Of a stretch of DNA of 64,000 nt, positions 54,628 through 64,000 are shown piece by piece. Position numbers and translations under genes: made by a program. Within the stretch, counting starts at the first letter, position 1; every line of letters begins with the position of its first letter. The notes beneath the pieces were generated by a model, which saw only the letters and a program-made list of their open reading frames with translations, did not search any database and was not told where the DNA came from. The DNA comes from Octopus sinensis (Eukaryota), in the NCBI RefSeq assembly GCF_006345805.1, contig NC_043015.1, positions 48,546,001 through 48,610,000 of the forward strand, read 5' to 3'.

Positions 54628-54945
54628 GGTACTCCATCGGTTACGATGACGAGGGTTCTAGTTGATCCGATCAACAGAACAGCCTGCTCGTGAAATTAAC
54701 GTGCAAGTGGCTGAGGACTCCACAGACACTTGTAACCTTAATGTAGTTCTCAAGGAGATTCAGCGTGACACAGAATGTGACAAGGTTGACCCTTTGAAAT
54801 ACAGGGACAACTCATCTTGACTAGCTGAGTGAACTGGAGCAACATGAAATAAAGTGTCTCGCTCATGGACACAATGCCCCACTAGGAATTGAACTCACAA
54901 CCTTATGATCGTGAGTTGAATACCCTAACCACTGAGCCGCACACC
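54628..54945 (-). mobile_element. tRNA-derived SINE family C (family-B-like head, different body); partial copy at 60073-60300(+)
   Basis: GGCTCAGTGGTTAGGG...GAGTTCAATTCC head; body shared with 60073-60300. Confidence 0.75.
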
Positions 54946-55420
54946 TCTGTAAAAGCATATGCCTGAATGATATGAACTTAGTTTGCACAGTTCTTTATGT
55001 GGAAGTGACTCACTGAAAATGCTACAGACTATAATACTAAAAGTGACTCACAGGAGAATAAAGGACAGTCAAAGTGTATCCTTGAGTGACAGGAACCAGT
55101 TGATTCTGTGTATAGAACTTATAGTTCAACTTAATAACTTGTTACTTTATAAAATCCATGTCTATAACTTCACAAGATTGTCACATGTATTATGTAATGC
55201 TCTTATATTATCACAAACAGAAAGACAGTAGTTTTTAGTTACCTTTGTTGCTTTTTCATAATCTTAAAACATTATTTTGAAGCCTTTATTGGATTCCTTG
55301 ACCTCGAAAACATAGGATTAACATGCTTCAGTTTCTAGGCTGACTAAAAGCTAAGATAATACAAAATAGTTATGGTGGCCATTTTGAAAATCCAAGATGC
55401 CAACCATGTCTGTAGAAATG

Positions 55421-56351
55421 CCAATATTAGTTTTCAGATTGTAAGGCAATGAGCTGGCAGAATCATTCATATGCCAGGCAAAATGCTTGGTGGTATTTCA
55501 TCCATCTCTATATTCTGAGTTCAAATTCCGCTGGGGTCAAATTTGCTTTTCATCCTTTTGAGGTTGATGAGATAAGTACTAGTTGAGGACTGGGGTCGAT
55601 GTAATTTGCTTCTCCCTTTCCCCTGAACTTGCTGGCCTTGTGCCAAATTTTGAAACCTGTATTAGTTTTTAGATTGTAAGGTAGTGAGCTAGCAGAATCA
55701 TTGGCACGCTAGGCAAAATACTTAACAGTGTTTTGTCCATCTCTACATTCTGTGTTCAAATTCTTTCAAGGTCAATGAAATAAGTCCCGGTTAAGCACTG
55801 GGGTTGCTGTAATTGACTGCTCCCTTTCCCTTGAAGTTGCTGGCCTTGTGCCAGAATTAGAGACTTATATAAGTTTTCAGATTGAAAGACAGCAAGCCAG
55901 CAGAATCATTAGCCGGCCAAGCAAAATGCTTTGCGGTATTTCGTCCATGTCTATGTTCTAAGTTCAAATTCCATCGAGGTTGACTTTGCCTTTCATCCTT
56001 TTGCAGTTGATGAAATAGGTACCAGTTGAGCACTGGGAATGATGCAATCGACTTACTCCCCACCTCGAAACTGATGGCCTTTTGCCAAAATTCTAAGCCT
56101 ATATTAGTTTTCAGATTGTAAGGCGGTGAGCTGGCACAATTGTTATCATTCTGGGCAAAATTCTTAGCAGTATATTGTCCATCTCTACATTCTGAGTTCA
56201 AATTCCGCCGATGTTGACTTTGTCTTTCATCCTTTTGGGGTTGATAAAATAAGTGCCTGTTGAAGACTGGGGTTGATGTAATCTGCTTACCTCCTCCCCT
56301 GAAATTGCTGGCATTGTGCCAAAATTAGAAACCAGTACTAGTTTTCAGATT
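55421..56351 (+). repeat. Tandem array of four family-D SINEs separated by five copies of a ~20-bp spacer (CCAATATTAGTTTTCAGATT)
   Basis: Spacer starts at 55421, 55656, 55864, 56098 and 56332; periods 235, 208, 234, 234. Confidence 0.9.
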
Positions 56352-57470
56352 CTCCATGCTTTCATGATGGTAAAAGTGTACAACTTTGCTAATCTCCAAA
56401 AATTTTGAATGAAATTCTGTTTGTTAACACAGCGAGGCAGAAGTGGTTTTATCAATGTCTATATGTAACTATAGTTAGCCTAATCCCTACCAATTGACTC
56501 ACATAGTACATTGCTTTTATTATCTCTGTAATTTTTTGGCTTAGATTACCCCGGTCTTCATTTTAGAGCTTTGCCTGCTCAACAGGGCTTAAACCTATAA
56601 CAGATAAGTTGAGGGAAAAGTTTTAATCATAGTGCTGTTATGATATCTGCGTTGTCATAGTAGGCAGGTGGTGACAAATAAGAATGTAGCATTGAGGACT
56701 TTCGTGTCGATAGTAGCTGTAAGAAAGGTTGCAGACATGCTGCACTCAAGGCGTTGGTTTTATGTATAAGACTTTCGAGAGTAGAAAGAATGGAAAGTTT
56801 GAGAACTTTTTATTCATTCCTGGAAAACTGCATTAATTATTTCAGCTTGTCTGTATTTGTAGACAGTTGAAAAGAATACTTTTAAGAAAAAAAGGAAATA
56901 ATTAAATGATAGCATTGTAGTAGCGGGTGAGCCCCCTTATAGTTGCGGATGGGCTTTCTTAGTCTCCTGGCAACCAATATTGGCAACCCAGTCTGCCACT
57001 GTATATACATATGTATATGTGTGTGTGTGTATGTATTTATATATGTGTGTGTTTATCTACATTTGTGTCTGTGTATGTTTCGGTCTCTTTGCCTTGACAT
57101 TGCGTGTTAGTTTTAAGCTGGTGTCACTGTCATGCACGCGGCTTCTTTCTTCATTTCCTTTCTTCCAAGACATGTCTTGTCATGGAGAAATATTATATTA
57201 TTTGCATTCAAACAAATGAAGGTTGGTGACAGGAAGGGCATCCAACCATAGAAAACCTACCTCAATGAATTCTATCCAAATACATGCAAACCTGGAAAAG
57301 TAGACATTAAATTATGATGACGATGATGATTATGATGATGATTATGATCTGCTTTATGACTGTCGATTCAAGTTAATATTAGTCATTACAATAGTACTCT
57401 CAAGAAATGTTTTCTTAACTGATTTTGTTTTCAGTAATTTTAATATTTTAACTTTCATTTTAATTTTCAG

Positions 57471-57504
57471 ATCACCTGAGTCTGTTGATTTGCCAAAACA
57501 AGAT
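57471..57504 (+). CDS. WDR44: Probable WDR44 exon 2 (SPESVDLPKQD)
   Basis: Long polypyrimidine tract plus TTTCAG acceptor; GTAAGT donor; 34 nt, phase-compatible with exon 1. Confidence 0.7.
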
Positions 57505-57615
57505 GTAAGTATCCTTATAGAATATTTGCTGTGTGAAAAACTGTTATGATATTCTTCATTTTTAGAATCCCTTGCTGAATGTTCTTAGTCGCGAATATGA
57601 GCTACAGTACCAAGT

Positions 57616-57994
57616 GGAGGCGCAATGGCCCAGTGGTTAGGGCAGCAGACTCGCAGTCGGAGGATCGCGGTTTCGATTCCCAGACCGGGCATTGTGTGTG
57701 TTTATTGAGCGAAAACACCTAAAGCTCCACGAGGCTCCAGCAGGGGGTAGTGGTGACCCCCGTTGTACTCTTTCACTCCAACTTTCTCTCACTCTTTCTT
57801 CCTGTTTCTTGTCCCCCGACTTCCTATGTAGCCACTGAGCCTGGATGCACATTCATCCATTAGTCGATGCTCTCGGTGTCGGGGGTTGACCTGCTTTCTC
57901 TTCTGCGGGTCTTACAAATAGCAAAGGACCACGTTTCGGACTTCTCCCACTCTGGGATGAAGACCGCTTTGCTCAACAAACAAACAAACAAGCA
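57616..57994 (+). mobile_element. tRNA-derived SINE family E with (CAAA)n tail
   Basis: GGCCCAGTGGTTAGG A box and GGTTTCGATTCCC B box; TSD ACAGTACCAAGT/ACAATACCAAAT. Confidence 0.8.
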
Positions 57995-58400
57995 ACAATA
58001 CCAAATTATTAATCTGGCATATTAATGTGTTTTAACCGTTTACTATTCAGATTATTTTGTCAAATGTAATACATATTCATTCACTTTGATTTGAATTAAT
58101 CACGTCTTATCTCATAGCTTTGAGATTCCAATGATATGATTGTGGACACTGTTAAGTAGGTGTGAGAGGCCAGATCTGGCTAGTTTGAACATAAAACAGG
58201 TAGAAAATTTGGGGCCAGATATGGCTGGTATAAATGCTAAAGGCTTAAAGATTTAAATAATTTTACTGATAAACCACAATTTAATTATCACCGATAGTTT
58301 GTCTTTTTGTCTATACACTTGATTCTAAGGTGCAATAATTATTGACATCCTTATTATCTCTGACTGAAGTAACTAGTTTCATATGAATGACTAAATATTC

Positions 58401-58810
58401 GGATCTTTTCGGTTTGACCGGCAGCTTTTAAAAATAATTTCCATGTAACTAAACACTTTTAAACTTCGTATAATGGTAGAATGTGTTTATAAAACATCTT
58501 TTTCTCTTGGCTTTATTGAGAAAATTCTATAGTTTGTAAGATATTTGTTGTTTTTTTCCTTCAATTTCTGCAATTTCAACCAATCAATGACGTCTATTGA
58601 GGTGAAAACATTCTGTGCCGTATGAATATGTCCCTTGTTTAAGAAACAGATTGGGTTTATTTACATTTCTGAAGAAAAAAGATATCCTTCCCCCTAACCC
58701 TAACCCTAAAACAGATTGAAATGCAATAGATCGATACTAGGGTCATAATTATGGGTGACAATTTCATATGACACCGCTAGAAAAAGCTGCCGGTCAAAGT
58801 GAAAAGATCC
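58401..58810. mobile_element. Merlin-like non-autonomous DNA transposon
   Basis: ~29-bp TIR starting GGATCTTTTC; perfect 8-bp TSD AAATATTC (58393-58400 and 58811-58818); internal (CCCTAA)3. Confidence 0.75.
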
Positions 58811-59409
58811 AAATATTCTAACCCCAAAAATGTAGAAAACCCAGATTGCAAACTTGAATTTGTTGCGCAGACAAGTGGCAACTGTGAGAGAATATAAAGA
58901 AAATAAATGATCACAAATTAATAAATGTTTATATGTGTAGCTGTGTGGTAAGAAGTTTGCAACGAGCTGGCAGAATCGTTTGCACACCGGGCGAAATGCT
59001 TCGCGTATTTCGTCTGCTATTACATTCTGAGTTCAAATTCCGCTGACGTTGACTTTGCCTTTCATCCTTTCGGGGTCGATAAATTAAGTACCAGTTACGC
59101 ACTGGGGTCGATGTAATTGACTTAATCCCTTTGTCTGTCCTTGTTTGTCCCCTCTATGTTTAGCCCCTTGTGGGCAATAAAGACACAAGAAGTTTGCATC
59201 GTAAGCACAAGGTCCCAGTTTCAGTCCTACTGTTTGGCATCTTGGGCAAGTGCCTTCTACTAAAGCCCCAAGCTGGCCAAAACCTCGTGAGTGGCTCTAG
59301 CAGATAGAAATTGAAAGAAGCCCATTGTATATATGTGTGAGTATGTGTGAATTCGCATGATTACACAAATTATTTTTAAAGATTTTATTTCTGTGTTTTT
59401 CTCTACTAG

Positions 59410-59474
59410 GGAACATCAACGGAGGCTGAGAGTTCATCGCAGTTATTACAGACGGAAAGTTCCACCTTTGAGAG
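59410..59474 (+). CDS. WDR44: Probable WDR44 exon 3 (GTSTEAESSSQLLQTESSTFE)
   Basis: TTTTTCTCTACTAG acceptor and AG|GTTCGT donor; open in phase 0; low-complexity S/E-rich. Confidence 0.55.
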
Positions 59475-59649
59475 GTTCGTTAACTTCATATATTTTAGAT
59501 AAATGCCATCATTAATTGGATTTTCAATATTCATTTGAATAATGATATACAAAAGGATCCCACATCCCTAGACTTTTGAGACTGTGGACACTTTATGTAT
59601 CATCGATTGATCTCTGTATTTTCTTAATGTTATGTTGGATGATGGATCG

Positions 59650-59855
59650 TCTCTTTTACTCTTTTACTTGTTTCAGTCATTTGATTGCGGCCATGCTGGA
59701 GCACCGCCTTTAGTCGAGCAAATCGGCCCCAGAACTTATTCTTTCGAAGCCTAGTACTATTTTATCGGTGCCTTAAACACACCACCATCGGTTGTCAAGC
59801 GATGTTGGGGGGACAAACACAGATACACAAACATATACACACACATACCTGTATG

Positions 59856-59888
<33 letters not shown>

Positions 59889-60050
59889 ATACAACGGGCT
59901 TCTTTCAGTTTCCGTCTACCATATCCACTCACAAGACTTTGGTCGGCCCGAGGCTATAGTAGAAGACACTTGCCCAAGGTGCCTTGCAGTGGGACTGAAC
60001 CCGGAACCATGTGGTTGGTAAGCAAGCTACTTACCACACAGCCGCTCCTG
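59650..60050 (-). mobile_element. SINE family A, full copy
   Basis: High identity to 27843-28238. Confidence 0.85.
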
Positions 60051-60363
60051 CACCTATGTCTGTTGATAATGAGTGAGATACTTTATTTCATGTTGCTCCA
60101 GTCCACTCAGCTGGCAAAAATGAGTTGTACCTCTAATTTAAAGGGCCAACCTTGTCACATTCTATGTATGACGTTGAATCTCCCTGAGAACTACATTAAG
60201 AGCACTCGTGTCTGTGAAGTGCTCAGCCTCTTACATGTAACTTTCACACGCAGGCTGTTCTGTTGAACAGATCAACTGGAACCCTCATTGTAACAATGGC
60301 GTGCTAGTATATATACATATACATACATACATACTTATATATATATATATATATATGTATAAT

Positions 60364-60940
60364 ATCATCATCGTTTAGCATCCGCTTTCCATGCTAGTAT
60401 GGGTTGGATGGTTCAACTGGGGTCTGGGAAGCCTGGAGGCTGCACCAGGCCCAGTCTGATCTGGTAGTGTTTCGACAGCTGGATGCTCTTCCTAACGCCA
60501 ACCACTCTGTGAGTGTAGTGGGTGCTTTTTACGTGCCACCGGCACGGAGTCCAGTCGGGGTGGGACTGGCAACGGCCACATTTGGATGGTTCTCTTACAT
60601 GCCACCGGCACTGGTATCACAGCTACAATTTCCATTGATGTTGATCGATTTTGATTTTGATTTTGATTTTCACTTGCCTCAACAGGTCTTCACAAGTAGA
60701 GTTTTGTGTCCCAAGAAGGAAAGGTATGCATAAGAGGCCACAGGTTATGGTCTCACTTGTCCTGCTGGGTTTTCTCACGCACAGCATACTTCCAAAGGTC
60801 TCGGTCTCTAGTCATTTCCTCGGTGAGACCTAAAGTTTGAAGGTCGTGCTTCACCACCTCGTCCCAGGTTTTCCTGGGTCTACCTCTTCCACAGGTTCCC
60901 TCAACCGCTAGGGTGTGGCACTTTTTCACACAACTATCTT
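60364..60940 (-). mobile_element. RTE-clade LINE 3' end (ORF C-terminus + 3' UTR + (GAT)n tail)
   Basis: VEGTCGRGRPRKTWDEVVKHDL...DRDLW motif. The same 3' end recurs at ~53517-53838(+), 9650-9870(+), 12757-12866(-), 14292-14570(-), 17210-17525(+), 23870-24080(-), 34360-34535(-), 35230-35447(+), 48270-48640(-) and 62290-62508(+). Confidence 0.88.
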
Positions 60941-60949
60941 CATATATAT

Positions 60950-61300
60950 ATATAATTAAATAACGAGGGTAGAAATTGATATCAATCAATTAACATCAAT
61001 TTAAACCAATGGTCTAGCATATTCAAAAAAATCCAAAGATTTAAAAATCGTATAACAATTAATAAGAGGAATGACCACGGAAGTGGATTCCTATATGCTA
61101 AAGATAGAGGTCAAATCGCCTTACCACGAAGAGTGTGCTCTCAAGAAAAAAAATTTACAGCAAACGCCAGAATGTAAAAATAAGCAAGACAAATGAAAAT
61201 ATACGAAATAAAACAATTAGCTACATATCATGACTTCGTTATTAACACTTTGCAAGTGTTAATCCACTTTAGTGGTCATTCCTCTTATTAATTGTTTTAT
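60950..61300. mobile_element. Element in (TA)n with a 36-bp inverted internal/terminal copy
   Basis: 61054-61089 is the reverse complement of 61261-61296 (2 mismatches); TA tracts on both sides. Confidence 0.55.
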
Positions 61301-63731
61301 ATATATATATATATATATATAAATATAAAGGAACATGGCTCAGTTGTTAGAGTGTCAGGCTCACAGTCATGAGGTAGTGAGTTCAATTCCAGGATTGGGC
61401 TGTGTATTGTGTTCTTGAGCAAGACACTTTATTTCACATTGCTCCAGTTCGCTCAACTGTAGAAATGAGTTATAGTACCACTGGTGCCAAGCTGTATTGG
61501 CCCCTTTGCCTTTCTCTTGGATAACATCAATTGCCTGGAGAGGGGAGGCTGGTCTTCCACAAACAACCTTTCCCAGACTTGTACCTTGGAGGGTAACTTT
61601 GTACTAAGTGCAACTCCATGGTCATTCATAACCGAAGGGGGTCTTTACCCCGATATATATATATAGGTAACTCAATCCAAGTGTGGGAAGTTAGTAAAGT
61701 TTGAGCATTTATGCAGCTAATACAGATGACAAAAAGTGGACAGTGTATGATGAAACATGTTTATTAATATGGTAAGTTACACACTTCATCCTATATTGAA
61801 ATTAAGAATAAATTTCAATAAGCTAACTGAAGTTGCTAAAAGTGCTAATAAAATCAGAAAAGAAAGGAATGAAACTGGTAACACATGGACTACGAGTGTT
61901 TCATAGCAGAGGGATGCTTGTTATATAAGTTGTAACACACAAAACCAGCTTAGCTAATCTTCAGGTGCTATTACCTCTACATTGTTTATATTGTTAGGTT
62001 ACCCTATTTTCTTCACTGCCCCTACACTGAGCTGATATCCTTTACACTCAACTCGTTCCCTATCCCTTATCATCTGTTACTCTACTTTCACTCAGTGCAT
62101 TTACTTATTCATTTCTCCCCCTCTTCTGTAATAGTCTGTCTCATACTCACATTGTACCTGGACCTCACATCTCTTTCTTCGTCTCTCTCTCTCTCTCTCC
62201 AGGTGGGCAAGCCATGCATTCACCACTTTAGTAAAACACCTGCTTCTCGTCTCTATCATAGTTCATTATTCCTTGTGCCTGTATCCTTCTCAGTTGTGGG
62301 TACTTGATGACATTATCAGTGCTTGTGCTACATAAAAAGCACCCAATATGCTCTTTTGAGTGGTTAGCATTAGGAAGGGCATCCAGCTGTAGAACCCATA
62401 CCAAAACCAGACAAAGAACCTGGCAGAGCCCTCTGGCTCATCTGTTCTTGTCAAACCATCCAACCCTTGCCAGCACAGAAAAAAGAATGTTAAATGACAA
62501 TGATGACGGTGTTATATATTTAGGCATGGCAGTTGGTTAAGAATAGGTGCAGGAGTGGCTGTGTGATTAAGAAACTTGCTTCACAATTACGTGGTCCTGG
62601 GTTCAGTCCCAATGCGTGTCACCTAGGGCAAGTGTTTTACTCTAGCCCAGAACCAACCAATCTTTGTGAATGGATTTGTTTGATGAAATACTGAGAGAAG
62701 CCCATGTGTGTGTGTGTATGTGTGTCCGTGTTTGTATGTACTCTTGTCTAGACATTGCATGATGGTTGTAGATGAGCAGTATTGTCATACAAGCAAGTTT
62801 GTTCATTTCCAGCCCTCTGTCAAAAACATGCCATAGAGGGGACAAACAAGGACAGACAAAGGGATTAAGTTTATTACAACGACCGCAGTGCGTAACTGGT
62901 ACTTAATTTATCAACCCTGAAAGGATGAAAGGCAAAGTCGACCTTGGAAGAATTTGAACTCAGAATGTAACGGCAGACGAAATACGGCTACGCATTTTGC
63001 CCGGCGTTTTAACGATTCTGCCAGCTCACCACCTTAATAGGTAGATTGTCTGACCCAAACAAGCATGGAAAAAGTAGGCGTTGAAGCAATGATGATGATG
63101 TTGATGACTGTCAATGGAAAAGGTATCAGAGAAAATACAGCATTCATATCTTCTTCCTTTGTTCTCTCTTTAGCCTTTCGGTCTTACCACAACTTATAAC
63201 TTGCTGGAACATTCAACATCAAGCAAGGACGAGATTCTGTGCATGTATAAAAAGAGATTTTTTATCTCAGACAATTGCGCAACATCATGTCTTCTAACGA
63301 TACATTTAGTATGATACGCAGATAGCAATTTTAACTTAATGCTGTTTCAGTTGCATATACCAATTTTTTTTTTTTTTTCTACAACTTGGCAAACTTCCAC
63401 AATACAGGTGAATGTTTTATTTACTGCTTTCTATATACTGGAGCACAAATTTCATTTAAGCAGTTAACAATTGAGTACATGGCATTGACAATCCTCGAGA
63501 AAGGTGAAACACATCTGTTGTTCTCATGATTCACTGCAGCAACGGTGTTCGTCTCACTCTTGTATATATATTGCTTTAACACAACAAATCTTTGAAGATA
63601 TCTTATCCCCAGACATTTCCACAGCACCATGCTTTCTAACAGTTTGTAAACACAGACAAATAGATGTGTGTGTGTGTATTTTTTTTTTTTTTCTTTCTAG
63701 TTTCAGCTCAGAGCTGCGGCCATGCTGATGC

Positions 63732-63985
63732 TATACTTTATTATTAAAACTGTAAAAACATCACAAAAATAGCACAAAAAACTCCTACTTAGCATTTCAC
63801 ATTCCCGTTCATCAGGCAGTTATTGCCCAATAAATGGGAACGTGAAACTCTGAGTAGCAGCTTTTTTTTTTGTGGTATTTTTGTGATGTTTTTGCAGCTT
63901 TAATAATAGAGTATATTACTCTATCTCTGGTATCCGAGTACTATTTTTTCCCACCTTGTTTCACATTTATGTGCTTACTCAGGTA
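63732..63985. ncRNA. Fold-back element with two opposed type-I hammerhead ribozyme motifs (Penelope-like/retrozyme-like)
   Basis: ~90-bp inverted arms. Minus arm: CTGC-CTGATGA-ACG-GGAA-TGT-GAAA. Plus arm: TTGC-ccaataa-ATG-GGAA-CGT-GAAA-CTC-T-GAG-TA-GCAG. Confidence 0.7.
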
Positions 63986-64000
63986 TTATGTATATATGTA

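Noticed and set aside
55421-56351. CRISPR array
   Set aside because: Eukaryotic context, no cas genes, and the 'spacers' are ~215-bp homologous SINEs; only the layout is analogous.
57616-57690. tRNA gene
   Set aside because: A and B boxes are present, but the sequence continues into a SINE body with a (CAAA)n tail and TSD, and the cloverleaf is not intact. The same applies to 7570-7640 and 35571-35640.
58692-58709. Telomere or chromosome-fusion scar
   Set aside because: Only three units, lying inside a TIR/TSD-bounded transposon.
59685-60266. Longest ORF in the track (193 aa)
   Set aside because: It reads antisense through a family-A SINE, its microsatellite and a family-C fragment; no protein motif and a non-ATG start.

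Overview
AT-rich, repeat-dense eukaryotic genomic DNA. The SINE, RTE and MITE families and the style of a C2H2 zinc-finger fragment point to a coleoid cephalopod, most likely Octopus (inference). Two intron-rich genes sit head-to-head with only 287 bp between start codons. On the minus strand is an FMR1/FXR-family RNA-binding protein: 10 frame-consistent GT-AG exons from 44180 down to 6089 give 330 aa (Agenet/Tudor x2, KH0, KH1, most of KH2), and the 3' end lies beyond base 1. Two extra in-frame candidate exons fall in the KH2 variable loop. On the plus strand is the 5' end of a probable WDR44 gene (exons at 44468, 57471, 59410). The introns hold tRNA-derived SINEs, RTE and CR1 LINE 3' ends, piggyBac, mariner, Tigger, hAT, Merlin-like and Helitron elements. 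The most notable observations are: (i) short fold-back elements in (TA)n tracts carrying type-I hammerhead ribozyme motifs; (ii) a piggyBac-MITE composite with perfect outer TIRs that carries a C2H2 zinc-finger fragment; (iii) repeat-spacer-like arrays in which one target-site sequence separates successive, sometimes unrelated, SINEs; (iv) candidate cassette and micro-exons in the FMR1 KH2 loop. All calls were made by eye without searches, and repeat boundaries are approximate unless TIR/TSD positions are stated.
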